From: Saprolegnia diclina VS20
Lineage: Eukaryota
DNA length: 51,013 nucleotides
Reading direction: 5' to 3'
Assembly: GCF_000281045.1 (NCBI RefSeq)
Contig: NW_008246192.1
Coordinates: 1 to 51,013, forward strand
Shown here in pieces: positions 1 through 11,785 of the stretch. Positions within the stretch are counted from its first letter, which is position 1. Each line of letters starts with the position of its first letter. The notes beneath the pieces are model-generated. The model searched no databases. It was not told the origin of the DNA and saw only the letters and a program-made list of their open reading frames with translations. The translations under genes and the position numbers were made by a program.

Positions 1-469
1 AGATGCCAGGACATCAATTGTCCGCAACGACGGCCTTGCTGCTACTCACCGGAACGAGCGCCAAGGCTCAAAGCATCATGTAGTGGCTCGCGTTGAATAT
101 CTAGCTGATTTATGTTGGAATAAAACAGCAATTGTTGGCGAGTTTCAAAACAAATACTTGCAGGCCTTTGATAGCCACGTGCGTCGACATACAACCTCTC
201 TCGAGCTAGAGAAAGCGTCCCTGAAAATATCGCAGGGATTTGAGAAGGTTGAAAAGTTTCGATTTGGGATCGACAAACCTCACGGCCGCCGTGGCGGTGC
301 ATGGCCAAAATGTAGAAAATGTTGGAGAATGCTGGGATTATTTTCAACGGCCCACTACAAGTCGCTAGTGATGGAGAGAGATGGAACGTGCTGATTTGCG
401 GCATTGTTGGGCACTGGGTGATTTTTCAACGAATTGATTTGAATAAAATGGCATTTTCGATACCACGCT

Positions 470-841
470 CTATGCGCGGAGCCAGAACGCTGGGATCATT
501 TCAGTGGCCAAGGACAAGTCTGCCGTCGCCACCAAACGCGAGAAGCGTCGCAATAGCACACTGCGCGCCCAAGGTGCGATGCGGCGTGAAGCTTGGTCTG
601 TACGCGTCCGTGAGACCCGGCGCCGCGTGAAATGGTCGTCGACGTGGTCGCGCACAATCTCATCATCTTTGGGCGCCTTCGATGCGGCGACGCGAGGTCG
701 ACACGAACCAGGCCTTGAGGCGCGTCCACGAGCTCGCAAAGGCGTCCTTGCGCGCGCCGTGCACGACGAGCAGGTGGTGCGAGCACGGGAAGGCGCGGAA
801 AAAGCGCAAAAAGCTCGACCTCGTGTGTCATGGGCAAACAC
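470..841 (-). pseudogene. Decayed coding relic of unknown family
   Basis: GC3-biased coding-like runs on the minus strand (HHLLVVHGARKDAFASSWTRLKAWFVSTS, then KDDEIVRDHVDDHF...EMIPAFWLRA*) lie in different frames, joined by frameshifts or stops. Family not recognised. Confidence 0.3.
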
Positions 842-2474
842 GGAACCTAGTCAATCTGTGAGACCCAAGTAGCGCTAAAGACGTGTGGTACCTTGTGCCA
901 AACGCGAACCAGTGCAGCGCGGACGCCTTGAAGAACGAGGTCCGGTGTAGTATGACATGGACCATGGGCGCGCGGTCACTGTGTGTGACCTCCGAGAGAA
1001 GATGCAATGACTGGCAGCTCGAGCGCATATCGCATCTGAAGCGCCGCCGAGCGCGAGGTTCGCTGCGGGCGAGAGGTCGCTGCGGGCCAGCGGTCTCAAT
1101 GCTCGCTGCCATAGCCGCAGGACGTCACGCGTGAGGCGTTCGAGATGAGTGCCGCTTGCCTCTTGTAATGAGAGATGATGAACGCGCTCCGAACGCGACG
1201 CCGCGCGCCCAGCGCCCAATGCTGCGGCGGCGTTTCTTGTCTCGTCGTGGCGCCCGTTTTGAAATCATGTTTTGAAATGTATTGCCCTTGCTATTGGTGT
1301 CCGGCTATTTATCCGGATGCCTTGAAACGACGCCACGAGCGCGACACGGTCGAGGCCATCGTCCGCACTCCTCGCACAAACGCTCGAGGTTGTCGCTGTC
1401 AGCGTTTGTTTCGGCGCGTCGACTATATACCTCACAGCACGTAGACGCCCAACATCAAAGCAAGGGCATTTCTACCGCTACGGCGCCGATGGCTGCGACC
1501 AGCGCTGCATCGACGCCAGCAACCACGGCCCAATACGAATGCGACAGCTCCGCGAACCTCTTGTGTGCATGTGCGCACCTACGCCTAGGTACTAATGCAG
1601 CGCCCGATGGCTGCGGCGCTGCTCAACACGATACTGATACCACCAATCGAGCTTGGTGATCATCGATCCTCGACGCCGCAGACCCAAGCTCGCTTGCTGC
1701 ATGAAGACGCTGCGATCTTTGCGTACGTGGCAAGCCAACGTCCTGTACTGCAGGGATGCGTGGCGAAAGAAGGACCTCGGCCACACGAGTTCCACCGTCC
1801 ACAGTCGACAGGACGCCCGCTTGCGACCGCGCTGCCGTGCGACGCGGTGCCGTGCGGCCGAGGCCCTGCAGCGCAAATTGCGGAATAAGCAGCACTTCCT
1901 TCTCTTGTAAAAGCACTGCGTTTCGCCTTTGTCGTGCTCGCTTTTACACTTGTTTTTACACGACTGAGCATTTGCGCCAAGATGGGACATTCTCCGAGTG
2001 CCACGTCATAGGAATCGATTGTTTTTTTTGCGATTTCTGACATACGAGGACCCATGAATCCCATCACACGCGTTGTGACAATACCGTAGATCACCGCGAG
2101 TGCGGAAGCCCGAGCATTGTGAGCTATAAACCTCTCGTTCCAGTCGCTCCACAGGATGCGATGGCGCTGGACGTAGTAACTCCGTGAATGTGGCTAGGAA
2201 TCGCAATCTTGATCCACTGGAAGGGGAGTTCGTCGCCACAAGTGCAAAAGGCGAAGCATACAGCGAGTCAATGCAGTCATTAGCATTTTAACGTTTTAAG
2301 AGCGCTTTGATTCTGTGGTCGAGCAATGCGCGCGTTGCACGACGGCAACGGTAACCTAGCGTGGTGTGCTCTACTCTCCAAAGCGTCTTCTATCACTGTG
2401 CCAACTATGGGCGATTCCATTTCAAACGTGATGTTGCCGGCAAGCGACGTCAGCGTCCTGGCGTGATGCTGCTA

Positions 2475-2541
2475 AGATGGCACTACGATCATAGTTTGGA
2501 GTGCGTTGTGCCTCTCAGATGGCACTACGATCTTAGTTTGG
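2475..2541. repeat. 25-bp direct repeat, 2 copies (AGATGGCACTACGATCWTAGTTTGG)
   Basis: Copies at 2475-2499 and 2517-2541 with one mismatch; period 42 bp. Confidence 0.85.
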
Positions 2542-2916
2542 CGCGCATCTTGGATCGCGTCTCACCCACGTTTTACACATATAAAAATTGACTGCACCAG
2601 ATCAAGAGATCATGAGGCGACGCCACTGCTCCAGCGCCTTGATATCGTGGCGCTTCCCGTGTCAAAAAGCAAAACTCGGTTCTTAGCGTCGGCGCGACGT
2701 ACTTTTCCGGCCAGTTAATGTCGTCGCGGCCCCCACTGCCGCCAAGGCAGTCGTATTGAATATGTGTATGTGAAAATGTGTTGCGTTCTTACGTGGTGTG
2801 TGAATGGTGTTCCTCGCGTCTCTCAACGAATGCCACGTCAGATGCCAATAAGAAACCCTTTTTTCGTCCAACCGCACCCTTTTCTGACACGACCGGTGAC
2901 AAAAAACTCAAAACAG

Positions 2917-3544
2917 CTGCGGATCCTCAAGCACAAGAAATGGCAGTGTGGACACGCTCGGTCATGGAGAGTCCGGCGCCAGGAGTGGCCGCACGGAGAG
3001 GCCGAGCGCGCCGCCTTCAGCGAGAAGCGCGACCTCGATAGCTGCTCAAGAAGACCATGCCGACGCCGCCGGCCATCATCGACCTCTTAACGCCCGACGT
3101 GGTCGTGCCGCCAGTCGCCAGCAACAAGAAGTATCCAGACGAAGGCATCGCCCTAAGAAGGCATCGCCCATGGCGGCGCGCTGAGCCTGGCCCACCGCCA
3201 TGTAGGCCGACACAAGCCGCCCTCGTATCGCCAGCAGAGCCGTGTCGACGTCGGCGCCACGTACAGCATTCGCCGATCCCATGGCCGCGATCGTGGGCCG
3301 GCCCAAGACGTTTATGGCCGTCGCCGACGACACGCGGGAAGCCGACGCACTCGACTTTGCCAGCGACACGGTCGGCACGACGCGCATGGAGCTCACGAAG
3401 AAGAAGAAGACCAAGTCATTGTCGACCTCCTCCAGTCGCCTAGAGCAGCTTCGACGCGAGCGCACAGAACGCGAGGCCGCCAGCAGCGCCGTCTCGAGAC
3501 GCTTCTCCGCCGTGAATCAACTCCATGTAAATACTAGTATATAG
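2917..3544 (+). pseudogene. Frameshifted LENG1-like (Cir_N domain) gene
   Basis: Joining frames gives LRILKHKKW-x-VWTRSVME-x-VRRQE, resembling the Cir_N start (NILPKKSWHV...RVRRDE). Downstream DPMAAI and LEQLRRERTEREAA resemble the LENG1 C-terminal part. No in-frame ATG close upstream; several frameshifts. Confidence 0.6.
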
Positions 3545-4432
3545 ATATACGAAATCAACCAACACTATTGTCTTTAGGGTCGTCCAATTGCGCACGCCAC
3601 GGCGTTAAATGATGCCAAAGACTTGGCGCAGAATGCTTGGGCAGTGGCGTTGTGATGACCCAGCGCATCGTCGTCGGCTGCAGAACGAGTGACGTTGCCA
3701 AGAGGTCGGAAAAGGTCACATGCAGTCGCGTGCTGATATTGAGCACGGCGTGACACTATCGCTGGCAAGGCCATCGTGTGGAAGGGCCGCGTCCCACAGC
3801 TGCGCGTAGAACGTGTCTCGGTTAGCAACTCGAGGTGTCAATGGTGTCGATAGCGCGCAAGATCAAAGGCGGAATGCGCTGGACACGGTGCGCCGAGACG
3901 TTGCGGATGCTGCCCGCGGACGTGCCGCTGGAGGTTGCGCTTGCGTTCGCAAACTACTTGAGGAGGTCCGAGAGAATCACAATCACGTGCGGCTCGAAAA
4001 GGAGGCCGAGGCGGTGTCAGAGACACTTCATGCCACCTTGGCGGACTTGCAAGTGGACATCTTCATTACTTCCTAGAGGCACGGAAGATCCAGAGGCAGC
4101 TTGGTCGCGGCGATACAAAGGCCCTTGTCGACGGCCGACATACCAAACACAGCGCCACTCACAGACCCCAAAGGTATTGTCTATAAAAAAGTCGGCCTCG
4201 ACCGCAAGCATGAGCGCTGGACGGCCTTGGCCGAGGTAGATGTGACCTTCCAACTGTGTGCGCGGACGCAGCGGTGCATGTCACCGAGGCCAATCGAGAG
4301 ACAAAGCGCCCTGTCACCATGTATAGGCAGCAATATCAACGCAAAGACTTACATCGCAGTTGGACCGACTTCCATCAGTAGCGGAAACAACAAGTCCTTA
4401 ATGCAATAGGTTTCATAGGCAGTTCTCACAAA

Positions 4433-5045
4433 TCAAACGTAATATATGTTGCGAGCCGACATCAAGTCCACGATGCGCTTGAATGCCTCGGTCGTGATGC
4501 CAACTTCGATGCGCTCGCCGGTCGACAAAGCAGAGCTCATGGCCAATAGCGCCGCTCCGGACAAGCTCAAAACATGAATGTCGCTCGGTGCGTCGCCGTT
4601 CTTTTTCTTGCACGTCTCAAACGCGCTGGCAAATCGTTGCACGGCCTCACCTTGGTCAAAAAAGTCTTCGCCAATATCGACGGGCGACGGCTCCGTCACG
4701 CCGTCGCGCGTCCCACATGGCAGACGAAGCGCGCGACTAACAAAGTCAGTATCGGCGTTTGAGCCTTGTACAAATCGGGTGGTACTGTGTTTCGCGTTCC
4801 GAACGCTTGCTGTGGACCGCCGGCTTTTGAGTTTTTGGAACGGCGACCTCGGGCACAGCACCCGCCTCCGCGGGAGAGGAGGCGGAGCAAGTGCTATCGG
4901 CGACCGAGGCAACGCGTGCGGCGTCACCAACTTCTGACAAGCTGTTGACCGCGACAGCTCTTTCTCGGGCTCCTTCCTCGTCGTCGTCATGCGAAGCCTT
5001 GTTCTTGTCGTAGTCAACTGGCGCTCCTCCAATCAGAAAAAACAA
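4433..5045 (-). CDS. Coding exon(s) of unknown function, possibly downstream exons of the ParB-domain gene
   Basis: 199-aa open frame with a globular-looking second half, followed by GT..AG-bounded short segments near 4400-4440 and 4310-4353. Same strand as, and directly downstream of, the ParB gene. Confidence 0.3.
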
Positions 5046-5159
5046 ACATCGAGTACCGCATCACTTGCCTCGGTTCGATTTCTTGGAAGACTTTTTGCTC
5101 GTGCTTGGGGCCGGATTGCTAGGGTAACGGTTAGCAAAAGTTAGTCAACAGTCATGTAC

Positions 5160-7589
5160 TTGACAGCAGCAGTGTTGACTGAAGGACGGCAGCCGCACAC
5201 GAACTCACGGACCGATTCCACTTGCGGACTAGCGTCGGATTGAGTTTACTACATCACATCGCCGCGACGTGAAGACACGACGTACAAGAGGTCATTGACT
5301 GGGGTTTCGTCTGGTGACACCGTCGAGAGTTGCTGGGTGTACTCCTGAGACTTCTCGACTTCTGCATCGAGCACACGGGCGCCGCCATACGTTTCTGCGC
5401 AGAATACAGAGCCCAAGATCTGGGAACGTCTCAATACCTTTGGCGACAGACTGGCCTGAGCTCCCTTCCGTCTTCCTTGCGATACTTTTCTTGTTGGCCA
5501 TAGTCTTCGCACGGCGGTGTACATAGTCCTTGAGCTGCGCATGGATGCTCGTCTGGCCTTCGCGCGCGGACTCGAGAACTCGATCTTGGAACTTGAAGTA
5601 CTCTTCGTCGTACGCGGCCCACGGGGTCTTGCTGAAAAAGATGCCCTTGACGTCGTCGACAGTGAGGTCGTCGCGCCATATCGATGCCAGGCCCATGCCA
5701 GGACGGAACGTCTCCTTGTGGAGGACGCAGCATTGCGCGAGAGCACATAGGATGCTGTTGGTCAACTGAGCGTCTTCCGAGACCACGCTGCCTGCTTGCC
5801 AGGCATGTCGTTGCACGACGGGCGCCATGTCAAGCGCCAGAAGCTCCTCGTACGACCGCACAAGACCCTCGGCGACACGCCGCATCACGTACATACTTGT
5901 TGTGGAACGGAACGAGTTCACGTCCTTGCACAACGAGTACAAGAACCCGTTGACGTTGAGAGCGTAGAGCATCGCGGTGGTACGTCGCATGCATTGCATC
6001 TTGGGATCGGACCCACGCGCCGCCTTCTCGACAGCTGCTTCCATTTTCTTGATGTCCTCGCGGTTCTCGTCGGTCAGGTTGGTGTAGTCCTGTCGATGCC
6101 AAGAGCCGGCGCGCGAGAACTCCGCGCCCAACGCATCCGAGATGGCGGTGTCCATCGCCGAGCACGTGTAAAAGACCGAGTTGGTTGAGAGGGTAATCGC
6201 GACGTTCTTGGCCCTGGCCATCTTTTTGACATCTTCTTCTGTCGCGTCTTGCGCAACACGCACGGTGATCGGCATGTCCTCAAGTCGCCCTTGGTAGTTG
6301 CGCGACGCCAGCAGCGGCGCGAGCTCAGCGTCGTCCATGGCACGTAGCGCGGCAACGCGATGGTTACCGTCGATGAGATAGAACGTACCATCCACTTCGA
6401 GGACTTCCGGTGAGAACGAGTTGTCCAGGCCGACGTCGCCGAAATGTGTACGGAAGTCCGCAACGTCTCCATAGTTGATGTAGCGCGCCCGCGTCGGGAG
6501 CCCGGGGTCCCGCGTACCGTTGACATCTGGCAAATGCTCCAGGGCTCCGAACTTGACCTCCTTGACCTCAAACGTCGATTTCGTCCAAATCTCCGACGAG
6601 CCCTGGGACGGCGGGGTCCACACTCGGGTGTGGAAGGCGAGAACTTGGCGTATATACGCAAAAAGCACGTCCAGAACGTGCCGAGCTGTCGCCATTCGCC
6701 GCTGCATGAGCGACGGGTAGTAAGCGGCGTCGCGGACAACACGCAGCGCCGTGGACAACGCGGCACGGCCTTGCACGAGCAACAAGTCTTCAACTTTGCG
6801 CTTGAGGTTCATGATGCGGTCGTACTCGTTGACGAGAGCAAGCATGCCGGCCCGTCGCGGAGCCACAGGACCGGGCAAGCACCGCGCGATCTTGTACTGC
6901 TCGATGCTGTCCAAAAGACTTTTCAAACGGCGCAGAGCACGGCACATTACGGCGTGCCTGTTCTCAAACTTGGCGATGCAAGTCTTGGTCGTCTTGACGC
7001 GTGCCACAAATTGCATCCACAACTGCATGTTGCGGGCCGTCGATGACACCGCAAAGGCACGCGTGGCATCATCAACTGCACGCAAGTCCTTCGCAACCTC
7101 GCTAAACGTCTTGAGAGCGCCGACAGCGACTTCGAAGGATTCGGTGGCTTGTTGAGACAATGGGCAATTTCGATGCATCTCGAGAAGCTGTTGCCAGTAC
7201 GCAAAAACGGCCGAGCCATCGCTTAGCAGAGCCTCCCTCTCGGAAATACCCTCAGCCAATTCAGCGACCTGGTCTAGGTCCAAACGTGCACGAGGGGGCA
7301 GGTCCGTCGAGCGCGTCGTCGAGCTCGTCGTCTGGACGCTACAAGATGTCGATAGAGCTGCGTGTTGCATCAAGGGCGGAGTAGTTGAGAACGGAAGAGG
7401 CCCACGACTTGCCACGTGAAGTTGATTCCACGTGGGCGTCGACGGCGATGTTGGCGTCTCCAGCGCTTGGCGTTTACGTGGAGGAGAGTCTACAAGAGAG
7501 GGAAGCTTCACTTGGATGCCGCAAATGTACGCTACCTTCGTCGTTCTTGCGCTTGGCAGGAACATGGCTTGAGGGCGCGACGTCGTCAA
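5160..7589 (-). CDS. Large spliced protein with a ParB/Srx N-terminal-type domain (3' end uncertain)
   Basis: 765-aa ORF containing VLEVDGTFYLIDGNHRVAALRAM...MPITVRVAQDATEEDVKKMARAKN (ParB GxxRxxA motif). Predicted introns at 5395-5437, 5249-5285 and 5119-5159 (with CTAAC branch site) keep the frame open beyond the ORF-track stop. Confidence 0.7.
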
Positions 7590-7744
7590 CCATGCTGTTC
7601 ATCATCAAGCAGAAAAATGCAAACTCGTGGCTGTTATATGTTTGCTACTTCCGGTTAGCAGAACCGGCTCTGGAGCATCGCGAAGAGCCAGTTCGGGAGA
7701 AATTAGTTTTGCTCCGGAGCCAATTCAGAAGGAAATGATCCCTA

Positions 7745-8032
7745 GACCACAACGACACGCTTCGTAAAGACGTTCCGGGTATTGTCTTTTACCTCAAGAC
7801 GTTCAACGGCACAACTGCGCTCCCGGAGAATATCTTTGCCCACAACGGCGTCATCGTCTCGACCTTTCTCGCCGTCTACGTCTCGATCAATACCGGCAAG
7901 ACGCTGTTTGCGCCCGTCGAGGCCGACCCGTCGATCCGCTTCCCGTACTACGCCGGCGACTACCGAAAGATGGTCTACACCAACACGACGTTCTTCAACA
8001 GCAAGCGCGCGCTCTATGGCTACGAGATGTAG
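7745..8032 (+). pseudogene. Orphan terminal exon or gene fragment (95 codons plus stop; absent from ORF track)
   Basis: Strongly GC3-biased frame DHNDTLRKDVPGIVFYLKTFNG...YYAGDYRKMVYTNTTFFNSKRALYGYEM*, preceded by a CTAG acceptor and an in-frame TGA. No upstream exon found. Confidence 0.55.
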
Positions 8033-8657
8033 TGTGCGTCGAATGTGATTGTAAATCAAATGTAAAATATGTACCAATGTCCATCCAAGACCAGACACAA
8101 ACCTCCGTCGACAGGCTGTAAACTGTTGTTGCATGCCATGCATGTACGCGAGCCCTATCGAGAAGTGCGACGAATAGGACTGCGTCGATGCGCTTGATGC
8201 GGCAGTCAAAGCTGAGAAGAGCGCCTTGGTCATCGATGGCCGCCTCCCACTCCTCTCTTCTCAACGTTCAACATGAGCACGATGGCGAGAACTCGGTACT
8301 GTCGACCGGCCGCACGCACGCGTGGTCGACGACGCCGGGTCTGCGAATGCGCATCTGTTCCATGGCTGGTACAGCTCACAGCTCACAGCGCGCTAAGCGC
8401 TTAGCTCGCTTGCTCGTGTGCTACCCTCAGTGCCCAAAATACCCCTTGCCCTTCCCAAAAACAGCTCCGGAGGTGTTTTTGGAAAAACACGTTTTGGGCC
8501 CCGATTTTGACAGACAGACAGACAAACAAAACGCGCGCGACCGCCAGAAGCATAAAAAACACGTTTTGGAGGCGAAACCGAGGAGCACCAAACGGGTTTT
8601 AACAGCAGCAGAAGCTCCACCACCGCCATTCGCATCGCGCGGCTCGACTACAGTAGA

Positions 8658-10552
8658 TTAGCCATAAACTATTAGAGGAGCAGTACGTAGAGCACATACC
8701 TGTAGCATTGTGCGAATCACCAAGGCTTGCTGTCTGCGCACTCGCTGCTCCGGGACAGTTTTGATGTCGAAGTCGGCGGTACTTGAGGTACGACTGTCGC
8801 AGCCACCGTACAAGAACGCGTCTGGATCGATGGGCGCCTTCATGTCGAGTGCGGGGTCCGGCATTGTATACTTGAACGAGGGCCACAACTGACGATCAAG
8901 AGGCGTCGTTGCACTGGGTTTCAATTTGTCAAGCGCCGGCAAAGTGGCTACGCGCCGCTGCAATTCGCTCTCCAGAAGCGTGGACTCGACGGCTTCCTCG
9001 CTGTCATCCCTATGTGAGAAATTTGGCCGCAAGGGTCGTGATATGACAAATGACATTCAGAGCATATAATGTGGGGTAGTGCCGTCCACGACTGCCACCA
9101 GAGGCCCGACGCGAGTCGCGATGGGGACGCAGAAGCGTACACCACATGCTCGTCGGTACGAGCACGCAGCCCACGTACAGCGTGCTGGAAGACGCTGTGT
9201 TGCAGCGCGCTTCTTATGCATCGCCCGCGACTCGTTGCCGTTCGTTCGATTGGTCGCGCCTACCTGGCGGTCCCTCATCGCGCACAGCAACGATTCTGTG
9301 CCACTTGTCCGATTCCTCAAATTGCAGATCTCCAGGCCGCGGGATTTGTGGGCGTCGACGCCAAGTTCGTCACGAAGCGGGCGATAATGAGGACGCAAGC
9401 GACGATTACCACAACCCGTTGCCGCCTTGGGCGCCGATTCTGCAGGCGTGACTTCACCTCGCGGCCCTTTGCCGACTCTCGTAGCACCTCCCACGCAGAA
9501 GGTGTTGGTGTTTCGTGTGGACTGAGCATACTGGTACATCTTGAATGAAATCCATTTCTTTGTTCCCAGACCATGCTTCTAAACTCGAATCAGAATTCTC
9601 TGGGCGACTGAAGAAGAGGCGACGTGTAACTCACCGCTGGTTTTGGGACGCCTCTTGCATCCATAGAACGGGGTTGGGAGCAATGTTAAGCAAGTACTGG
9701 CACATGACTACCACGGCGACGACTAGGCTGGGCCGTCGCGCGATGCCGCCGGTACGGCATCGGTGGCGAGCGGTGTCAATAGTGTCTAAGCAGCTGTATG
9801 ACAAAAGAGGGCAAAGAATTGCATTACCTGACGCGCTTCAAGGAGGAGACCAAATCCGGTCTTGAGATTCTGCGTCTCGAGCGCCGCGAGCAAGCTCCGA
9901 AAGTTCTGGGCCCCTCAGTTGGTGTTTGAAGTGTGAATTGAGGTACCTCCTCCATGGTCGACTTGCGCTGGTACTCGTTGAGCTTCATTTGGTGCAGATC
10001 AGTCTTTTGTTTCTAGCACAATAGAGTGTCGTCCTTCCCTCCAATTGTCGTTGAGGAAGGACCTGCAGCATTTCATCGAGTGTTTTTTGGAGCTCTTCCT
10101 GTTGCTCAATCAAAGAAGCATGCAGTTGCGTGAGCCGCTCGTTCTCTTGCATGTCAATCTCCAGCTGCTCCATCGTCGAGGTCAGCGCCTAGAGACGAAA
10201 ATGAATCGCAATCTCAAAAACATATCAAAAACCTCGACTTTGCCCTTGCTTTCGTCGTGCTGCGCATGGGCTTTGTCGCTAAAGAGCTTGTTCATTTCAT
10301 CGTATTTGGTTTTGGCGACGCGCTGGTCCTCTTCAAGGGCTTCGATGCGCTGGCTGAGGCACTCGCTCTCGTACTTGAGGCTATTGTTGAACGCGTGCTT
10401 TTCTTGGAGTTGCCGCTCGAGCGCCTCGAGGTGCTGCTCGAGGAGCTTGACACTACGCCAGTGCCATCATCGTCAATCAATGTACGGTGGAAGATGATGG
10501 CCAACTCGTTCTGGGCTTCCACGGAGGTCGCGAGCACCCGCCTGTCCTCCAT
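8658..10552 (-). CDS. Multi-exon coiled-coil hypothetical protein (3' extent uncertain)
   Basis: ATG at 10552 (MEDRRVLATSVEAQNELAIIFH). Spliced exons read VKLLEQHLEALERQLQEK...KVE|ALTSTMEQLEIDMQENERL...|KQKTDLHQMKLNEYQRKSTMEE, with a heptad character. Linkage of the exons below about 9830 is tentative. Confidence 0.5.
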
Positions 10553-10737
10553 CTTTGCTGTCCTTTTTGAAGTCACTAGGAGTTTCACGCGCCAAATCAA
10601 TAACGTTACCCAAACTCCAGCTTGTTGACAAGGTGCCCAGGTTCAGCCCAAGCTCTGCAACATTGCGACTGGCCAGGTGTGCCAAATGCGCAATAGACGC
10701 TCTGTGATCACCTCGACAACGACGAGGCGCTTTGTCG

Positions 10738-10754
10738 AAAAAAAAAAAAAAAAA
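10738..10754. repeat. Poly(A) tract, A17
   Basis: Directly visible, in the divergent intergenic region upstream of CHMP1. Confidence 0.9.
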
Positions 10755-11087
10755 TTGTCACCGTTTGCGGGTAGCAAGGCGAGACTTCTGTCAGCGCGAG
10801 ATCGCCACCGACAACCAGCTGACGGAGCCGAACGTCGGTAATTGTTGCTTGTGCTTTGTCGCCTTTCGGAATTTCACGAAAAGGGTTTGAAAAACTGTTT
10901 GTTTCGGTCCATCCCGCGAGTAAAGTTGTGGAAACGAGCTCAACGAGTCGGTCAATTCGCATTTCTTTCGAAAATTTCAAAATCAGCATATTTGGCGCGG
11001 AGAATGCAGGTACCGACACTCTTCTTCCGGATAATCCAGGTATATCCGGATACATCCGACGCACACGGCCACTTTGCATTTTGCACG

Positions 11088-11717
11088 ATGTTTGACTTTC
11101 TAAAGCGGCCGACGCTCGAGGACGAGCTCTTCAAGATGAAGTTCACGGCCAAGTCGCTCCTCCGCAACGCTAAGAAGTGCGATAAGAACCAGACGGCGCA
11201 GAAGACGAAGCTCAAGAAGGCCATCGAGCAGGGCAACATGGAGGGCGCCAAGATCTACGCGCAGAACGCGATCCGCGAGAAGAACCAGGCGCTGAGCTAC
11301 CTCCAGCTCAGCTCCCGGATCGACGCGGTCGCGGCGCGCGTCCAGACCGCCATCTCGATGGGGAAGCTCAAGCAGAACATGTCGGGCGTCGTCAAGGGCA
11401 TGGACGTGGTCATGGACTCGATGAACGTCGAGAAGATCTCCAAGACGATGGACCAGTTTGAAAAGCAGTTTGAGGACCTCGACGTGCGCTCCGCCTACAT
11501 GGAGGGCGCCATGAACAGCACCACGGCCGGCGCGACGCCCACCGACCAGGTCGACGACCTCATCCAGATGGTCGCGGACGAGAACGGCCTCGTGATCGCC
11601 GGCCAGCTCGACAACGCCGGCGCGGTCGGCCTCGAGACGCACGTGCAGCCGGCGGCCGCTCCCACGTCAACGGCCAACGATCTCTCGGCGCGCCTCGCGG
11701 CCCTCCGCAAGGTCTAA
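11088..11717 (+). CDS. CHMP1: ESCRT-III subunit CHMP1/Did2 (Snf7 family)
   Basis: LFKMKFTAKSL...KLKKAIEQGNMEGAKIYAQNAIREKNQ...MDQFEKQFEDLDV, plus the C-terminal MIM1 motif DLSARLAALRK. Intronless, 209 aa. Confidence 0.95.
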   Translation: MFDFLKRPTLEDELFKMKFTAKSLLRNAKKCDKNQTAQKTKLKKAIEQGNMEGAKIYAQNAIREKNQALSYLQLSSRIDAVAARVQTAISMGKLKQNMSGVVKGMDVVMDSMNVEKISKTMDQFEKQFEDLDVRSAYMEGAMNSTTAGATPTDQVDDLIQMVADENGLVIAGQLDNAGAVGLETHVQPAAAPTSTANDLSARLAALRKV

Positions 11718-11785
11718 ACCACAATACACGGTCATATATATCTAACGGGAGATCGTGTTGTCGCTAGATACACTAATACTACGAC

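Noticed and set aside
1..2400. Short ORFs such as 83-394, 1595-1888 and 1653-1910 as genes
   Set aside because: No recognisable motifs or consistent codon bias; probably decayed sequence.
2475..2541. Repeat-spacer-repeat pattern as a CRISPR array
   Set aside because: Only two copies, a 17-bp spacer, no cas genes, and a eukaryotic context.
5292..7589. Calling the ParB-domain gene sulfiredoxin, a transposase or bacterial contamination
   Set aside because: It lacks the FGGCHR cysteine, shows no DDE, tyrosine-recombinase or RT motifs, and has host-type spliceosomal introns.
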